From an uncultured Methanosarcinales archaeon (lineage in GTDB: Archaea > Nanobdellota > Nanobdellia > Woesearchaeales > ARS49), in NCBI GenBank assembly GCA_964359925.1, contig CAYHWM010000001.1, forward strand, positions 1 through 42,961: 42,961 bases of DNA, given 5' to 3'. The notes below the pieces were generated by a model, which was given only the letters and a program-made list of their open reading frames with translations, was not told the origin of the DNA and did no database searches. This document shows, piece by piece, positions 24,025-33,561 of this stretch (within the stretch, counting starts at the first letter, position 1; each line of letters begins with the position of its first letter). Made by a program: the position numbers and the translations under genes.

Positions 24025-24900
24025 ATGCGTTCGTTGCGCTTGTTCGCTTCTCAGTTGGCTAAGAGGAGCAATGGTATTCAGCACCAGCACGCTCTTGCAG
24101 GAGTTGTTCTTCGAGAGGTTCTTTCGTTTCTTCGTCGTGATCGTTCCGTAACGCTGGCGGAGTTTTTTGACCGTTTTGGCAGGGTTGTTGACCTCATTCA
24201 GAGTTCTTGTTCTTACGCTCCGCTCGTCGTGAACTCTTTGGCGTTCGTTCGTCGTGGACTCGCGCAGCAAGTTTCTGTTTCGAAAGCGCGTTCTCACTTG
24301 CTTTTGCAGTGTTCTCTTGCGGAGTCTTGGTTGAAGGATGCTCAGGCAGTTCTTGCGTCTATCCTTATAGAGAGAATTCCTCGCGGGGGCACTGTGGTAG
24401 TTCATGGTGATGATCCTCTTCTTTTGCAAGCGGTGCACTCTTGTATTGAGAAGAAAAGGTGTGAGGTTCTTTTGTTAGAGGGTGGTGTTTCTCGCACGTT
24501 GAGTAAGTATTCTTTGTTGAAGCATTCTCTTGATCGTGTTCGAGTCATTCCTGACTTGTCTGCTCGTGATGCTGTAGTGCGTGCTGATGTTGTTCTCTTG
24601 TCGGCTCTCGCTGTTACTCCTGCGAGGATTGCGTGTCCTGCAGGTTCTGGAATGCTTTCCGACCTTTCAGCAATGCATGGCGTTCCTGTGTACGTTGTTG
24701 CTCCTTCGTGGTTGTTTGACCCTCGAGAAGAGTTTTTGGGGTCGTTATTCGTGGGCGTCTCTCATCGGGGGAAGAGTGTTCTGAGGCCTGATGTGTTGTC
24801 AGAGAAAGAAATAACGGGAATTATCTCTGAGGGGGGTATTTTTTCTTTGAAATCGTTCGTTGAAGAACTTGCCGAGTCTCTGCCGTGGATAACTCAATAA
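24025..24900 (+). CDS. eIF-2B alpha/beta/delta-like family protein (aIF-2B / ribose-1,5-bisphosphate isomerase-like)
   Basis: The length and the C-terminal Rossmann-like segment (VVLLSALAVTPARIACPAGSGMLSDLSAMHGVPVYVVAPSWLFDP) resemble the IF-2B family core. This assignment is made from memory only. Confidence 0.6.
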   Translation: MRSLRLFASQLAKRSNGIQHQHALAGVVLREVLSFLRRDRSVTLAEFFDRFGRVVDLIQSSCSYAPLVVNSLAFVRRGLAQQVSVSKARSHLLLQCSLAESWLKDAQAVLASILIERIPRGGTVVVHGDDPLLLQAVHSCIEKKRCEVLLLEGGVSRTLSKYSLLKHSLDRVRVIPDLSARDAVVRADVVLLSALAVTPARIACPAGSGMLSDLSAMHGVPVYVVAPSWLFDPREEFLGSLFVGVSHRGKSVLRPDVLSEKEITGIISEGGIFSLKSFVEELAESLPWITQ

Positions 24901-25419
24901 TCATTCTTGTACTACTTGTATCGTGAGTGCTTTTTTGAGTGTTTCTATTTCTTTTTGTATGCCTTCAATCTTTTTCGTGTTGCTTTCTTCGTTGAGGAGT
25001 GTTCCGCATTCTGGGCATTTGTATTCGAACTCTACTGCTTTTTCGAATTCGAGTCGTATGCAGTTATTTTCGCAGTTGAAGTAGTATCCTTCTTGTTCTC
25101 TTGTGAGTCTTTCTTGTAGTTTTTCCAATTTTTTCTTTTTGAGGTCGGTGTAGAGGAATCGTACTCTGTCGGGGTTGAACGTCCAGTAGTAGATGTACCA
25201 TCCTTTGAGTTTGTCTTTCTTTCTGTTGTACGTGACGAGGTTTGCGTTGTATAATTTGTAGAGTAAGTTTCTGGTCGGGTTGATTTCGAGTTTGATGTTT
25301 TCCGCGATTGAGAATTCTGATATGTTCTTTTTGTTTTTCATGTGTCGCACGAGTTGCAGAACTTCTTCTCCCGCTACTTCAATGACAACTTCCTCTATGA
25401 TTTTCGGCGACAGCTTCAT
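24901..25419 (-). CDS. tfe: transcription factor E (TFE-alpha)
   Basis: The N-terminal winged helix contains EFSIAENIKLEINPTRNLLYKLYNANLVTYNRKKD...GWYIYYW. The C-terminal zinc ribbon contains YFNCENNC...YKCPECG. Confidence 0.85.
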   Translation of the reverse strand: MKLSPKIIEEVVIEVAGEEVLQLVRHMKNKKNISEFSIAENIKLEINPTRNLLYKLYNANLVTYNRKKDKLKGWYIYYWTFNPDRVRFLYTDLKKKKLEKLQERLTREQEGYYFNCENNCIRLEFEKAVEFEYKCPECGTLLNEESNTKKIEGIQKEIETLKKALTIQVVQE

Positions 25420-25539
25420 GCGTAGTACATCCCACCTGTAAACACCTCATTCTTACCGGAAACAGCCTTTATAAATGTTTCTGTTTTTGTCCCTCTCGAG
25501 TAGTCTTCATAGGTTTTTAACTCTGAGAGTACAGTTTCT

Positions 25540-25959
25540 CTATTGTTTCCTTATCAATTCACTAAAACTGAGTCCTTTGAATGTTGCTTGTTCTTGGGTC
25601 ATCGTGTATCCTTTTTCTGTTTCGTGGAGGTCTTCGGCGCTCAAGAAGTACCATCCTTCTCCGTGGGAGTCTTTTGTGAGTTGTTTTGAGTATCGTGCAG
25701 CTATCCATACTTCTGCTCCGAAGAGTTGCGCGAATGTTTGTAAGTCTTGAAATTGTGGTTTTTCTACTCGTATCGTGTCTCCACCAACGCTTTTGCACTC
25801 GATGGCGAGTCTTCGTTCTCCATTGCTCGCGATGATGTCGGGGCTTGGGTGTCTGCTCGATCCTGATCCTGCGGCTCTCATCGCAGCCCATGTTCCCGTG
25901 TTCCAGAAGAGTGCTATAAGTTCTCGTTCTGCAGTGCTTCCTTTCTGTTTCGTTTTCAT
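25540..25959 (-). CDS. hjc: Holliday junction resolvase Hjc
   Basis: KGSTAERELIALFWNTGTWAAMRAAGSG...PDIIASNGERRLAIECKS matches the Hjc KG-x-x-ERE / SG / D / E-x-K nuclease signature. Confidence 0.85.
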   Translation of the reverse strand: MKTKQKGSTAERELIALFWNTGTWAAMRAAGSGSSRHPSPDIIASNGERRLAIECKSVGGDTIRVEKPQFQDLQTFAQLFGAEVWIAARYSKQLTKDSHGEGWYFLSAEDLHETEKGYTMTQEQATFKGLSFSELIRKQ

Positions 25960-25982
25960 AACACAGTCACCTTATGTTTCAC

Positions 25983-26054
25983 TCTCTACCGCCTACTTCC
26001 CACCAGCAACTCCCCATTCCCTACCCCCCCCACGAGCCACTCCCTACGCATCAC
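25983..26054 (-). repeat. 7-nt periodic array (CTAC/CCAC on plus, GTAG/GTGG in RNase Z sense) overlapping the RNase Z stop
   Basis: Cores end at 25989, 25996, 26003, 26010, 26017 and 26024, then a 9-nt slip, then 26033, 26040, 26047 and 26054. The RNase Z stop is at 26051-26053. Confidence 0.6.
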
Positions 26055-27088
26055 TTCTTTTTTTTGAGAGTAACTCTTCTTCTCACTACTTTTCTTGATT
26101 CTTCTCTGTGTGCTTGTTCTTCGGGAGTTTCTTCATCGATGATGCGCTCTTCTCGCGCGTTCAATTCTTTTTTCTCTTCTTTTGTTTCTGGTGCTTTGTC
26201 GAGGTGTATTGTTTGGAAGTCTCGGGCGATGAACGTTCTCGGGTGTATTCTGCTTGCTTCTTCCAGTATTGGTGTCGTGTTGGCGTATCGTGAGCTGATG
26301 TGGAACAGGTAGAGGTCTCGTACTCCGCTTTTGCTTGCTAAGAGTCCTGCTTGTTGTGCTGTGAGGTGGTTGTACTCTACTGCTTTCTCTTCGTCAGATT
26401 GGAGGAATGAGCTTTCTGAGATGAGGACGTCTGCTCGTTCTGCGAGAGTGTAGCAAGCATTGCATAATTTCGTGTCGGTCACGTACGCTACTTTTCTTGC
26501 TGGTGACGTGATGCTTACTTCTTCAGGTTTGATAGTGTTGCCGTTGTGAGTGATTGTTTGACCATTTTGTAGTTTTCCTATGAGTGGGCCTACAGGGATT
26601 CTTAGCGCGTGGATTTTTTCCATCAAGATGTGCCTCGTTGGCTTGACGGTGAACGAGTACCCGTTACAGGGTGTGTTGTGATCGAGCGCTTGTGACTCTA
26701 TCTTGTACTCTTCATTTTCGTAAATGATCCCGTTTGATACTTCGTGGATGACGAGTTGTACTTTGAACTTGAATGGTATCGCTTTGAATAAGTGATAGAA
26801 TCGTTCTTTGCTTCCTGGTGGTCCGTACAGGTCGAGTGTTCCTTGGTATTCTGAGGCTCCCATTGTTTGAATGAGTCCCGCAATGCCGAGTGCGTGGTCT
26901 CCGTGCCAGTGGCTGAGCAATATTTTTGTGATCTTCGTCATCTTAACGTTTGCTAATTTTATTTGTCGTTGTGTTCCTTCTCCACAATCGAACAGTATTC
27001 CTTGGTCTTTGTACGTCAAAAGGACTGCTGGGTGATTGCGTTCTTTCGTGGGAGCCATGCATGCTGTTCCGAGGAAGAGGATATCCAT
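26051..27088 (-). CDS. rnz: ribonuclease Z (tRNA 3' endonuclease) with a charged C-terminal tail
   Basis: It has the MDILFLGT N-terminus, the metallo-beta-lactamase motif LLSHWHGDHALG and a C-terminal HIS motif. The last approximately 55 aa are highly Lys/Glu-rich. Confidence 0.9.
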   Translation of the reverse strand: MDILFLGTACMAPTKERNHPAVLLTYKDQGILFDCGEGTQRQIKLANVKMTKITKILLSHWHGDHALGIAGLIQTMGASEYQGTLDLYGPPGSKERFYHLFKAIPFKFKVQLVIHEVSNGIIYENEEYKIESQALDHNTPCNGYSFTVKPTRHILMEKIHALRIPVGPLIGKLQNGQTITHNGNTIKPEEVSITSPARKVAYVTDTKLCNACYTLAERADVLISESSFLQSDEEKAVEYNHLTAQQAGLLASKSGVRDLYLFHISSRYANTTPILEEASRIHPRTFIARDFQTIHLDKAPETKEEKKELNAREERIIDEETPEEQAHREESRKVVRRRVTLKKKK

Positions 27089-27209
27089 ACTGTTTGTACT
27101 CGCTTCAAGGTTCTTAAGTGTTTCTACGGACAGTTCTCAAGTTTCAAGTCAAGAATTTTCACATTCTCATATTTTCATATTCTCACAATATATTGTTACC
27201 ATCACCATA

Positions 27210-27650
27210 ATGCTTAAAACAGTCTTTTATTTTTCAGAATGCATGCTTAACAAATCAGTGATTTCTCTCGATTCTTGGCTTCGAGAGCAACAGATTGGCG
27301 AAATTCTCACGTACCAAACTGACGGTTACTCGTGGGAGCTTGTTGATGAATTCCCCAAAGGTACAGTGATACTCGTGAGAGCTGAAGGACTTGACTGGGT
27401 ACGGTTCGTCAACGAAGGACTCCAGCAATTTAACGAAGAAAAAAGTCGAGAAGAACGAACAGTAATGTACGTCGTCGGAAGGAGAAAGGATGATCTCACG
27501 TACCGCTGCCAACCAGAGAGTCGTCAAGAACTTTCAGACTACCTGAAAACTCTCTCCCCGCCACAACCACCGGAACCTCCTAATACTTCAGGACCTCGAC
27601 GTCACACTCGAAGAATTACGAGTTTGACAGCGTACCACTCAGTAGCTTAA
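27210..27650 (+). CDS. hypothetical protein
   Basis: The track ORF (27036) overlaps the RNase Z start. I trimmed it to the first ATG after that gene (27210); an alternative ATG is at 27243. The C-terminus is proline-rich and basic. I recognise no family. Confidence 0.5.
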   Translation: MLKTVFYFSECMLNKSVISLDSWLREQQIGEILTYQTDGYSWELVDEFPKGTVILVRAEGLDWVRFVNEGLQQFNEEKSREERTVMYVVGRRKDDLTYRCQPESRQELSDYLKTLSPPQPPEPPNTSGPRRHTRRITSLTAYHSVA

Positions 27651-27736
27651 GAACCTACAAGAAGGCCATACCGCTACTCTACAACAACAATGTATAAAAA
27701 AGGGCTTCACATCCTTCAACGCAGGGGTTTTGTACT

Positions 27737-28477
27737 ATGAAATTGAGTTTGTCTGACACGAGTTACTTGAGGGATAGTATTAGTATCATTTCTGAGTTGG
27801 TCACCGAGGGAAGGTTTACTATCACGAAGAATGGTTTCGAACTCGTAGCGATGGATCCTGCGAATGTTGCGATGATTATTTACAAACTCTTGCCGAGCAG
27901 TTTTACAGAATACCAAGTAGATCAAGATGTCACTCTCGGTATCACGCTCGCGAATTTTAAACAAATACTGAAAAGAGCAGGAGTGACTGACACTCTCACG
28001 CTCGAGCTTGACAACAACAAGCTTTCTATCACGTTGCAAGGAGTTTCGAAGAGAACATTTTCTCTCCCGATTATCGCTCTCGAAGAGAAAGAGCAACGAA
28101 TTCCAAACTTGACGTTTCCTGCGAGCATTACCGTCCCGAGCACTCTACTCGTGAACGCTATTGAAGATGCGGGAATCGTCGCTGAAAGCGTCACGCTCAC
28201 TGCAGAACCTGGTAGTTTCACTATCAGTGCGGAAGGAGACTTGACGAACGCAGTCATTCACACTCCTGAAGGTGAAAACGTCAAAGTAACAACCGTCGAG
28301 GGTAAAACAAAATCGAAATATGCCATCGAATACTTGAAGAAGATGGCTCAGGGAGCAAAACTCTCAGACACTGTCACGATTAAGCTCGACACGAACTATC
28401 CACTTAAACTCGAGTACAAAACGCTCGACAAAATCTCCCTCGACTTTATTCTCGCTCCAAGAGTGGATAATGACTAA
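27737..28477 (+). CDS. pcn: PCNA sliding clamp
   Basis: It is 246 aa. It contains ISELVTEGRFTITKNGFELVAMDPANVAMI..., has the two-domain PCNA length, and ends with C-terminal LAPRV. Confidence 0.95.
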   Translation: MKLSLSDTSYLRDSISIISELVTEGRFTITKNGFELVAMDPANVAMIIYKLLPSSFTEYQVDQDVTLGITLANFKQILKRAGVTDTLTLELDNNKLSITLQGVSKRTFSLPIIALEEKEQRIPNLTFPASITVPSTLLVNAIEDAGIVAESVTLTAEPGSFTISAEGDLTNAVIHTPEGENVKVTTVEGKTKSKYAIEYLKKMAQGAKLSDTVTIKLDTNYPLKLEYKTLDKISLDFILAPRVDND

Positions 28478-28525
28478 TCTTCTCAAACCGACACGTTAAT
28501 AAAAAGAGCTCGCCGTTCTTGACGT

Positions 28526-29287
28526 ATGAGTTCGGATGACTTGTTCGGCGTTGCTATGGCATTACTCATGTTTGGAGTCGTTTTAATCATTCTTGGTTTA
28601 TCTCAGTGGAGGATTAAACGGCTTATCGAAAACACTCCTACGAGTAAGATTCGAGGAATCGCTATGGGGTTCGTCGAGATTCAAGGGAAGATATCAAAAA
28701 GGTTCATCAAGTCGCTCACTTCTCCGCTTACTGGTAAAACGTGTGTGTATTACTCTTTCGAAGTTCAAGAATTAAGAAGTAGCGGAAAAAGATCACGATG
28801 GGTGACCATCCTCGAAGGAAAAGACGGCACTCCTTTCTACGTCGAAGACTCTACAGGAACAGTGCTCGTCGACCCTTCAGACGCAACTATTGACATACCT
28901 GCAGATTACACGTACCAATCGGGAATGTTCAAAACGATTCCTTCTAACATTCAACAATTTTGCAAGAGCAAAGGCGTGTCATCCACTGGATTTCTCGGGT
29001 CTTCGCGATCGCTCAAGTTTGAAGAAAAAGTCTTTGAACCTGGAGATCCAGCTTTCATTATTGGAACTGCTGGGGACAATCCTCACGTTGAGGACTCGAC
29101 GGGGCAAAAGAACTCTGATGATATTATGATTCAAAAGGGCAAAGGAGTGCCTTACTACATTTCTGACACGACCGAGAACAAAGTTCTCAGAAAGTATGCT
29201 TGGATCGTGTATGGTGGTTTGTTTGGTGGTTCTGCACTTCTTATAGGTGGGCTCTTCGCTTTGTTCTTGCAACTCGGAATATTATAG
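28526..29287 (+). CDS. GIDE-domain-like membrane protein (LemA partner)
   Basis: An N-terminal TM is followed by I.NTPTSKIRG...GFVEIQGK...SPLTGKTCVYY and a C-terminal TM pair. This architecture is typical of GIDE proteins encoded next to lemA. Confidence 0.6.
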   Translation: MSSDDLFGVAMALLMFGVVLIILGLSQWRIKRLIENTPTSKIRGIAMGFVEIQGKISKRFIKSLTSPLTGKTCVYYSFEVQELRSSGKRSRWVTILEGKDGTPFYVEDSTGTVLVDPSDATIDIPADYTYQSGMFKTIPSNIQQFCKSKGVSSTGFLGSSRSLKFEEKVFEPGDPAFIIGTAGDNPHVEDSTGQKNSDDIMIQKGKGVPYYISDTTENKVLRKYAWIVYGGLFGGSALLIGGLFALFLQLGIL

Positions 29288-29336
29288 TATATCGCAGTAT
29301 AGAAAGTTTTAAGAATGCGCACGCCTATAAAACTGT

Positions 29337-29909
29337 ATGGCGATAGGACTCATCATTATTATCATTGTCGCAATAGTTCTCGTCGTAGGAATTCTTATAG
29401 CTTGGTATGTTGGAACGTACAACGCATTCGTAGCTCTCAAAGCTGACATCCCGAAAGCACTCGCTAACATCGACGTACTTCTCAAGCAGCGTCACGACGA
29501 GCTACCAAAACTCATCGATACTGTCAAAGGGTATATGAAGCGCGAGCGTGGAACTCTTACTGAGCTTACGGAAGCTCGTAGTTCTTGGATGAAGGCGAAG
29601 ACTGTTCAAGAAAAGGCGAAAGCGAGCGATACGATTAGTGCGGCTCTTAAGACTATTTTTGCTGTTGCTGAGAATTATCCTCAGCTTCAAGCGTCTGCGA
29701 ATTTTAAGCATCTTCAAGAAAGGATTAGTGGCATTGAGAATGAGCTTTCTGATAGGAGAGAGTTCTACAATGATGGAGTGACGACGTTCAACGTGCGTAT
29801 CAAGCAATTTCCCGCAAACATCGTCGCGAAGAATATGGGTCTCACTGAGTCTTTTGTTCTTTTCGAAGCGAATGCTTCTGAGCGTGAAGACGTGAAAGTA
29901 GAATTCTGA
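29337..29909 (+). CDS. lemA: LemA family protein
   Basis: An N-terminal TM is followed by YNAFVALKADIPKALANIDVLLKQRHDELP...ENYPQLQASANFKHLQERISGIENELSDRREFYNDGVTTFN..IKQFPANIVA. Confidence 0.9.
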   Translation: MAIGLIIIIIVAIVLVVGILIAWYVGTYNAFVALKADIPKALANIDVLLKQRHDELPKLIDTVKGYMKRERGTLTELTEARSSWMKAKTVQEKAKASDTISAALKTIFAVAENYPQLQASANFKHLQERISGIENELSDRREFYNDGVTTFNVRIKQFPANIVAKNMGLTESFVLFEANASEREDVKVEF

Positions 29910-29943
29910 AAAGCTTAAATAGAACGACCCGTTTCTTCACCGT

Positions 29944-30645
29944 ATGAACTCCCTTTTTGTCCCGATTGTAGGCTACAACGAAACAGTCAAACTCGAAGGA
30001 CTCCTCAAAGAGAAGTATCATCTTTCTGACTCTTCACTTTCTGAACTCGCAGGTCTTCATACTGCTTTTCTTTCGAGGGAGCTTCTTCAGGGTAAAAAGA
30101 ACGTTCTCGTTCTCGCGGGTGCGGGAAAGAATGGTGTTGATGCTATTATCGCGACGAAGCATTTGCTTTCAACTGGGCAGAATGTTTGCGTGTTCCTCGC
30201 TGAAGAGCCTACAACTCCTTTAGGGGTTCTTCAGAAGACTATTTTGCAAAGTATGAACGTTTCATTTCTCACGTATCAACAGGTTGATGGAGCGCTTCAA
30301 CAATCAGACCTCGTTATTGACGGACTTGTAGGATACGACTTGCACGGTAACCCGAAAGGAATGGTAGAACTGCTTATCGGGCTCGTCAACTTACGACAAA
30401 AGCCAGTCCTCAGCATCGACGTGCCTACGGGGTACGAGCTCAAAACAGGACTTCTGAGACAGCCTCACATGAAAGCAACAGCGACGCTCTGTCTCGGACT
30501 TGTAAAAGAAGGTCTTGATGAAGAGTTCGCAGGAACGATCTACGTCGCCAACATAGGAATACCCCCTCAAGCGTACGAAACGTTAGGACTCGAGTTCGAG
30601 CACGAGCGGTTTGAAGGAGTCGTTCAAGCAGTAAGAAAAGAATAG
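29944..30645 (+). CDS. NAD(P)H-hydrate epimerase (YjeF N-terminal domain) family
   Basis: VLVLAGAGKNGVDAIIATKHL...DLVIDGLVGYDLHGNP...LSIDVPTG matches the YjeF-N / NnrE pattern. Confidence 0.75.
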   Translation: MNSLFVPIVGYNETVKLEGLLKEKYHLSDSSLSELAGLHTAFLSRELLQGKKNVLVLAGAGKNGVDAIIATKHLLSTGQNVCVFLAEEPTTPLGVLQKTILQSMNVSFLTYQQVDGALQQSDLVIDGLVGYDLHGNPKGMVELLIGLVNLRQKPVLSIDVPTGYELKTGLLRQPHMKATATLCLGLVKEGLDEEFAGTIYVANIGIPPQAYETLGLEFEHERFEGVVQAVRKE

Positions 30646-30652
30646 ACTCCGC

Positions 30653-31483
30653 TCAAACTATTTTTGTATCCACGCACACTCTGAACACTCCTGGAGATTT
30701 CTCTCCACATTTCGTGATAGAAAGGTCTGAACATTTCCTCTTCTGTTCTTTGCACAACGTTACCAATGCTTCCTTCGTAGCGTTAAACTCTTCAGGTCGT
30801 GCGAACGCGTACACGTGTAACCATCCCCCTTTCTTGAGAACGTGAATTGCGAGTGGAACGAACTCGAACGATGACGCAGGCAACGGCATCACGACGCGAT
30901 CGAATTTCGAACCGATCACGGGAACGATGTCATTCACGTCGCCGCAATAAAACTCTATCTTTTCTCCCGCTCTCCGATTCAACACTTTGTTTTCTAAAGC
31001 GAACTCGTGACACGCAGGATTCTTCTCAACTCCAACGACACTCTTCGGCGAGGCATTTTTAGAAATGACAAGAGGGAAAGGACCGACACCAGAAAACATC
31101 ACGAGAACAGTCTCTTCCTCTTTCACGAGTGAAGCGATACGTAATCGTTCCGTTCCGAATCGTGGAGAGAAGTAGCACGTTTCAACATTCAATCGTAAAT
31201 CAACTCCTGATTCTCTGCACGTTGTTGTTTTCGTCCGAGTACCTGCAAGAATTCTTACTTTTCTCGTCCTGAACTCTCCTGTATGAACTCCTGCACGAGT
31301 AGCGACGGTCGTGATATGCTTGAACTCTTCGAGAACAACCTTACCAATCTTCTTTTCTTTCTTCTTCAATTCTTTGGGAACGTCAAGAATGGCAATGGCT
31401 CCGATAGTGTCAAAACTTGCGGGAAGAAGAGATAACTCTTTCTTCGTCAACGTTTTCTCTAAGAGTTTGTGAAGCGCGCGCAT
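30653..31483 (-). CDS. trm5: tRNA (guanine37-N1)-methyltransferase Trm5-like class I methyltransferase
   Basis: FDTIGAIAILDVP...YFSPRFGTERLRIA...VLVMFSGVGPFPL...VEKNP...RVVMPLP matches the Trm5/Taw22 motifs. Confidence 0.8.
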   Translation of the reverse strand: MRALHKLLEKTLTKKELSLLPASFDTIGAIAILDVPKELKKKEKKIGKVVLEEFKHITTVATRAGVHTGEFRTRKVRILAGTRTKTTTCRESGVDLRLNVETCYFSPRFGTERLRIASLVKEEETVLVMFSGVGPFPLVISKNASPKSVVGVEKNPACHEFALENKVLNRRAGEKIEFYCGDVNDIVPVIGSKFDRVVMPLPASSFEFVPLAIHVLKKGGWLHVYAFARPEEFNATKEALVTLCKEQKRKCSDLSITKCGEKSPGVFRVCVDTKIV

Positions 31484-31508
31484 AGTGGTAGTGATACGAA
31501 AATACTGT

Positions 31509-32534
31509 TTATAAAAACTCTCCTAAACCTTTCTGTGAAGCTCCGGCTCCGAGTTTCTTCAACGAAGACAACACTCGTTCTTCAGAAAATTCGTGTCTTC
31601 CCACGAGCAAGTCTTGTACTCCTGCGATGTTGATAGATTTGAACTGGAGTGCGTAGTCGCTCGTGACGGGAACGTTCTTGAATGCAGAAAATACTTCTTG
31701 CCATGGAGTCGTGCAGTGCTCTTCCCACTTCACACTCTTGAATAATGATTCTCTGTCGTTTCCGAATTGTTTGACGGTTTTCAAAGCAGTCTTCGAACCA
31801 ATACCTCGAACTCCCGAGGGGGCGTAATCAGTTCCGACAAGCATTGATAACGCGATGAGTCCGTCACGATCAACTCCGAGTGTTTCGAGAACGTCTTTCA
31901 AGAGGAGCAATTCTGGCGAGACCGTCTCGTACGATAATTTTCCTTTCATTTTTCTTTTCCCAGCAACAGCAAGATTACGAACGAGTCGTTCCGCTCCGAA
32001 TAACAAACAATCTGCGTCTTGCGATGCTACTGCCCACGCGTCTCCTCTCGAGTTTAAGAATGCGGCTTGCGCTTCTCCTTCCGACGGTGCTTGCACGATG
32101 GGAAGTCCTAATGATTGCAACAGCTCTTTCGATTCAGCGATCATTTCTTTCGTCAATTTTGACGTTCTGGAAGCGAACTTTCTCATCTCTTCCACATCAC
32201 CCTCAATACGCGCGGTCTCGTACTTTTTTGTTGCTTCTTCTTTCGAGCGAGATCGTTCCTCAATAACTTTCCTCTTCAACGCCGGCGGAGGACCGTCGAA
32301 CACGAATACTGGTTTCATCCCGTGCTCCAACCAGTGAGTCGTTCTTGAAAAAAGTCCTACAAGGTGCGATGTCACTTGGCCCTTCGAGTCAGTCAACAAA
32401 GAACCGTCACGTTGGCGAATAGAGCTTAAGAATTGGTACAGGAACAACGAAGCATCGACAGCGAACACTTTCCCCTCTAATTCTTTCCAAGAAACCTCTC
32501 GAGCAGGTACGATGTCAAATATTTTTACTCCCAT
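31509..32534 (-). CDS. fen: flap endonuclease FEN1
   Basis: MGVKIFDIV...AVDASLFLYQFL...KPVFVFDGPPP...SEGEAQAA...SQDADCLLFGA... is followed by a C-terminal PIP-like QKGLGEFL. Confidence 0.95.
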   Translation of the reverse strand: MGVKIFDIVPAREVSWKELEGKVFAVDASLFLYQFLSSIRQRDGSLLTDSKGQVTSHLVGLFSRTTHWLEHGMKPVFVFDGPPPALKRKVIEERSRSKEEATKKYETARIEGDVEEMRKFASRTSKLTKEMIAESKELLQSLGLPIVQAPSEGEAQAAFLNSRGDAWAVASQDADCLLFGAERLVRNLAVAGKRKMKGKLSYETVSPELLLLKDVLETLGVDRDGLIALSMLVGTDYAPSGVRGIGSKTALKTVKQFGNDRESLFKSVKWEEHCTTPWQEVFSAFKNVPVTSDYALQFKSINIAGVQDLLVGRHEFSEERVLSSLKKLGAGASQKGLGEFL

Positions 32535-32550
32535 AGAATATTCACTCCTT

Positions 32551-33513
32551 TCACAACGTTTTGAACGTTAACCCTTTAAATTTCTTCTCTAATAAAGAAT
32601 CGCCGTCTTTTCCGAGAGTTCCTGACGTTAAGAAGAGAACAGGTAGTCTTCGTACTTGTCCATCGACGACTGCACTACTCAAATCTGCATCAAGTATTTT
32701 TTTCTTGTCTTTCGCACGACAGTACATCAATACGGGACCGACGGGTGAAGGAACTCGAATGACGATGTCAAACTCTTTTCCTTCCTTTACTACGTTCCAA
32801 TCTGTCACTTCAATATTTTGCGACGAGAAGAATGAGCGAACAGCACTCGCGAAACCGCCCATCTTCTCAGACGATTTCGTTGCAGGATCTTTTTTCTCCT
32901 TCTTTTCAGCAACAATCTCTGAAGAGGACTCGGAAGAAGAAAGCGCGGGAATGACAGGTTTCACTATTGCTGGCAGAACTTTTTGGGACTCTTTCACTTT
33001 TCGCGCGCGAGCTTTTTTCACTTCAGGAGATACTTCCAAAATTTCCGGTGGCGACTCTACGACGGGAGGGTCTAACAATAAACGAATGGCTCTTTCTGCA
33101 TCAACATCAGACAATAAGAACCATCGCCAAAACACTTCTTTCTCTTCACCAATAGTCACGTCTAATGGTATCGCAAAATCTTTCACGGAACGCAACGCAA
33201 CTCTCGCAAGCGGTGAGAGCGTGTTATCGCGAAGAATACTGGAAGACTTCAACAAAGCTATTACTTCCTGTTCTGGACGCTTCAACGAGTCAACAAAACG
33301 CTCAAGAATTCCAGGATTCTGAGGGTCATAATATACTGGTGAAGAACCGACTTTCAAAGAAGAAATCTTCACCATTCCTCGAGATGCCATTTCTGAGAGC
33401 ATCGCGGAAGAAATCATAGAGTCTTTTTTTAACTCTTTCATAACGTCTGAAGGGAATGCGTACCCGTTCCTCTTCACGAATGCAAGAATAACTTCTCGAT
33501 AGTCAATCCCCAT
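32551..33513 (-). CDS. hypothetical protein with N-terminal winged-helix-like repeats and a possible C-terminal PD-(D/E)xK-like module
   Basis: It is 320 aa. It has an N-terminal wHTH-like segment (VILAFVKRNGYAFPSDVMKEL...MLSEMASRGMVKI), an acidic/Ser-rich linker, and a C-terminal GKEFDIVIRV...YCRAKDKKK. The domain calls are by eye only. Confidence 0.55.
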   Translation of the reverse strand: MGIDYREVILAFVKRNGYAFPSDVMKELKKDSMISSAMLSEMASRGMVKISSLKVGSSPVYYDPQNPGILERFVDSLKRPEQEVIALLKSSSILRDNTLSPLARVALRSVKDFAIPLDVTIGEEKEVFWRWFLLSDVDAERAIRLLLDPPVVESPPEILEVSPEVKKARARKVKESQKVLPAIVKPVIPALSSSESSSEIVAEKKEKKDPATKSSEKMGGFASAVRSFFSSQNIEVTDWNVVKEGKEFDIVIRVPSPVGPVLMYCRAKDKKKILDADLSSAVVDGQVRRLPVLFLTSGTLGKDGDSLLEKKFKGLTFKTL

Positions 33514-33561
33514 ACTGTGAAGAGAACAATTATTTGTTTATATAGATTTAGTTACTCAAAT

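Noticed and set aside
32561-33322. 253-aa plus-strand ORF antisense to 32551-33513
   Set aside because: It is Ser/Phe/Thr-rich and lacks plausible domain structure. The minus-strand frame has wHTH-like segments and is tightly linked on the same strand with fen1, which begins 16 nt after its stop.
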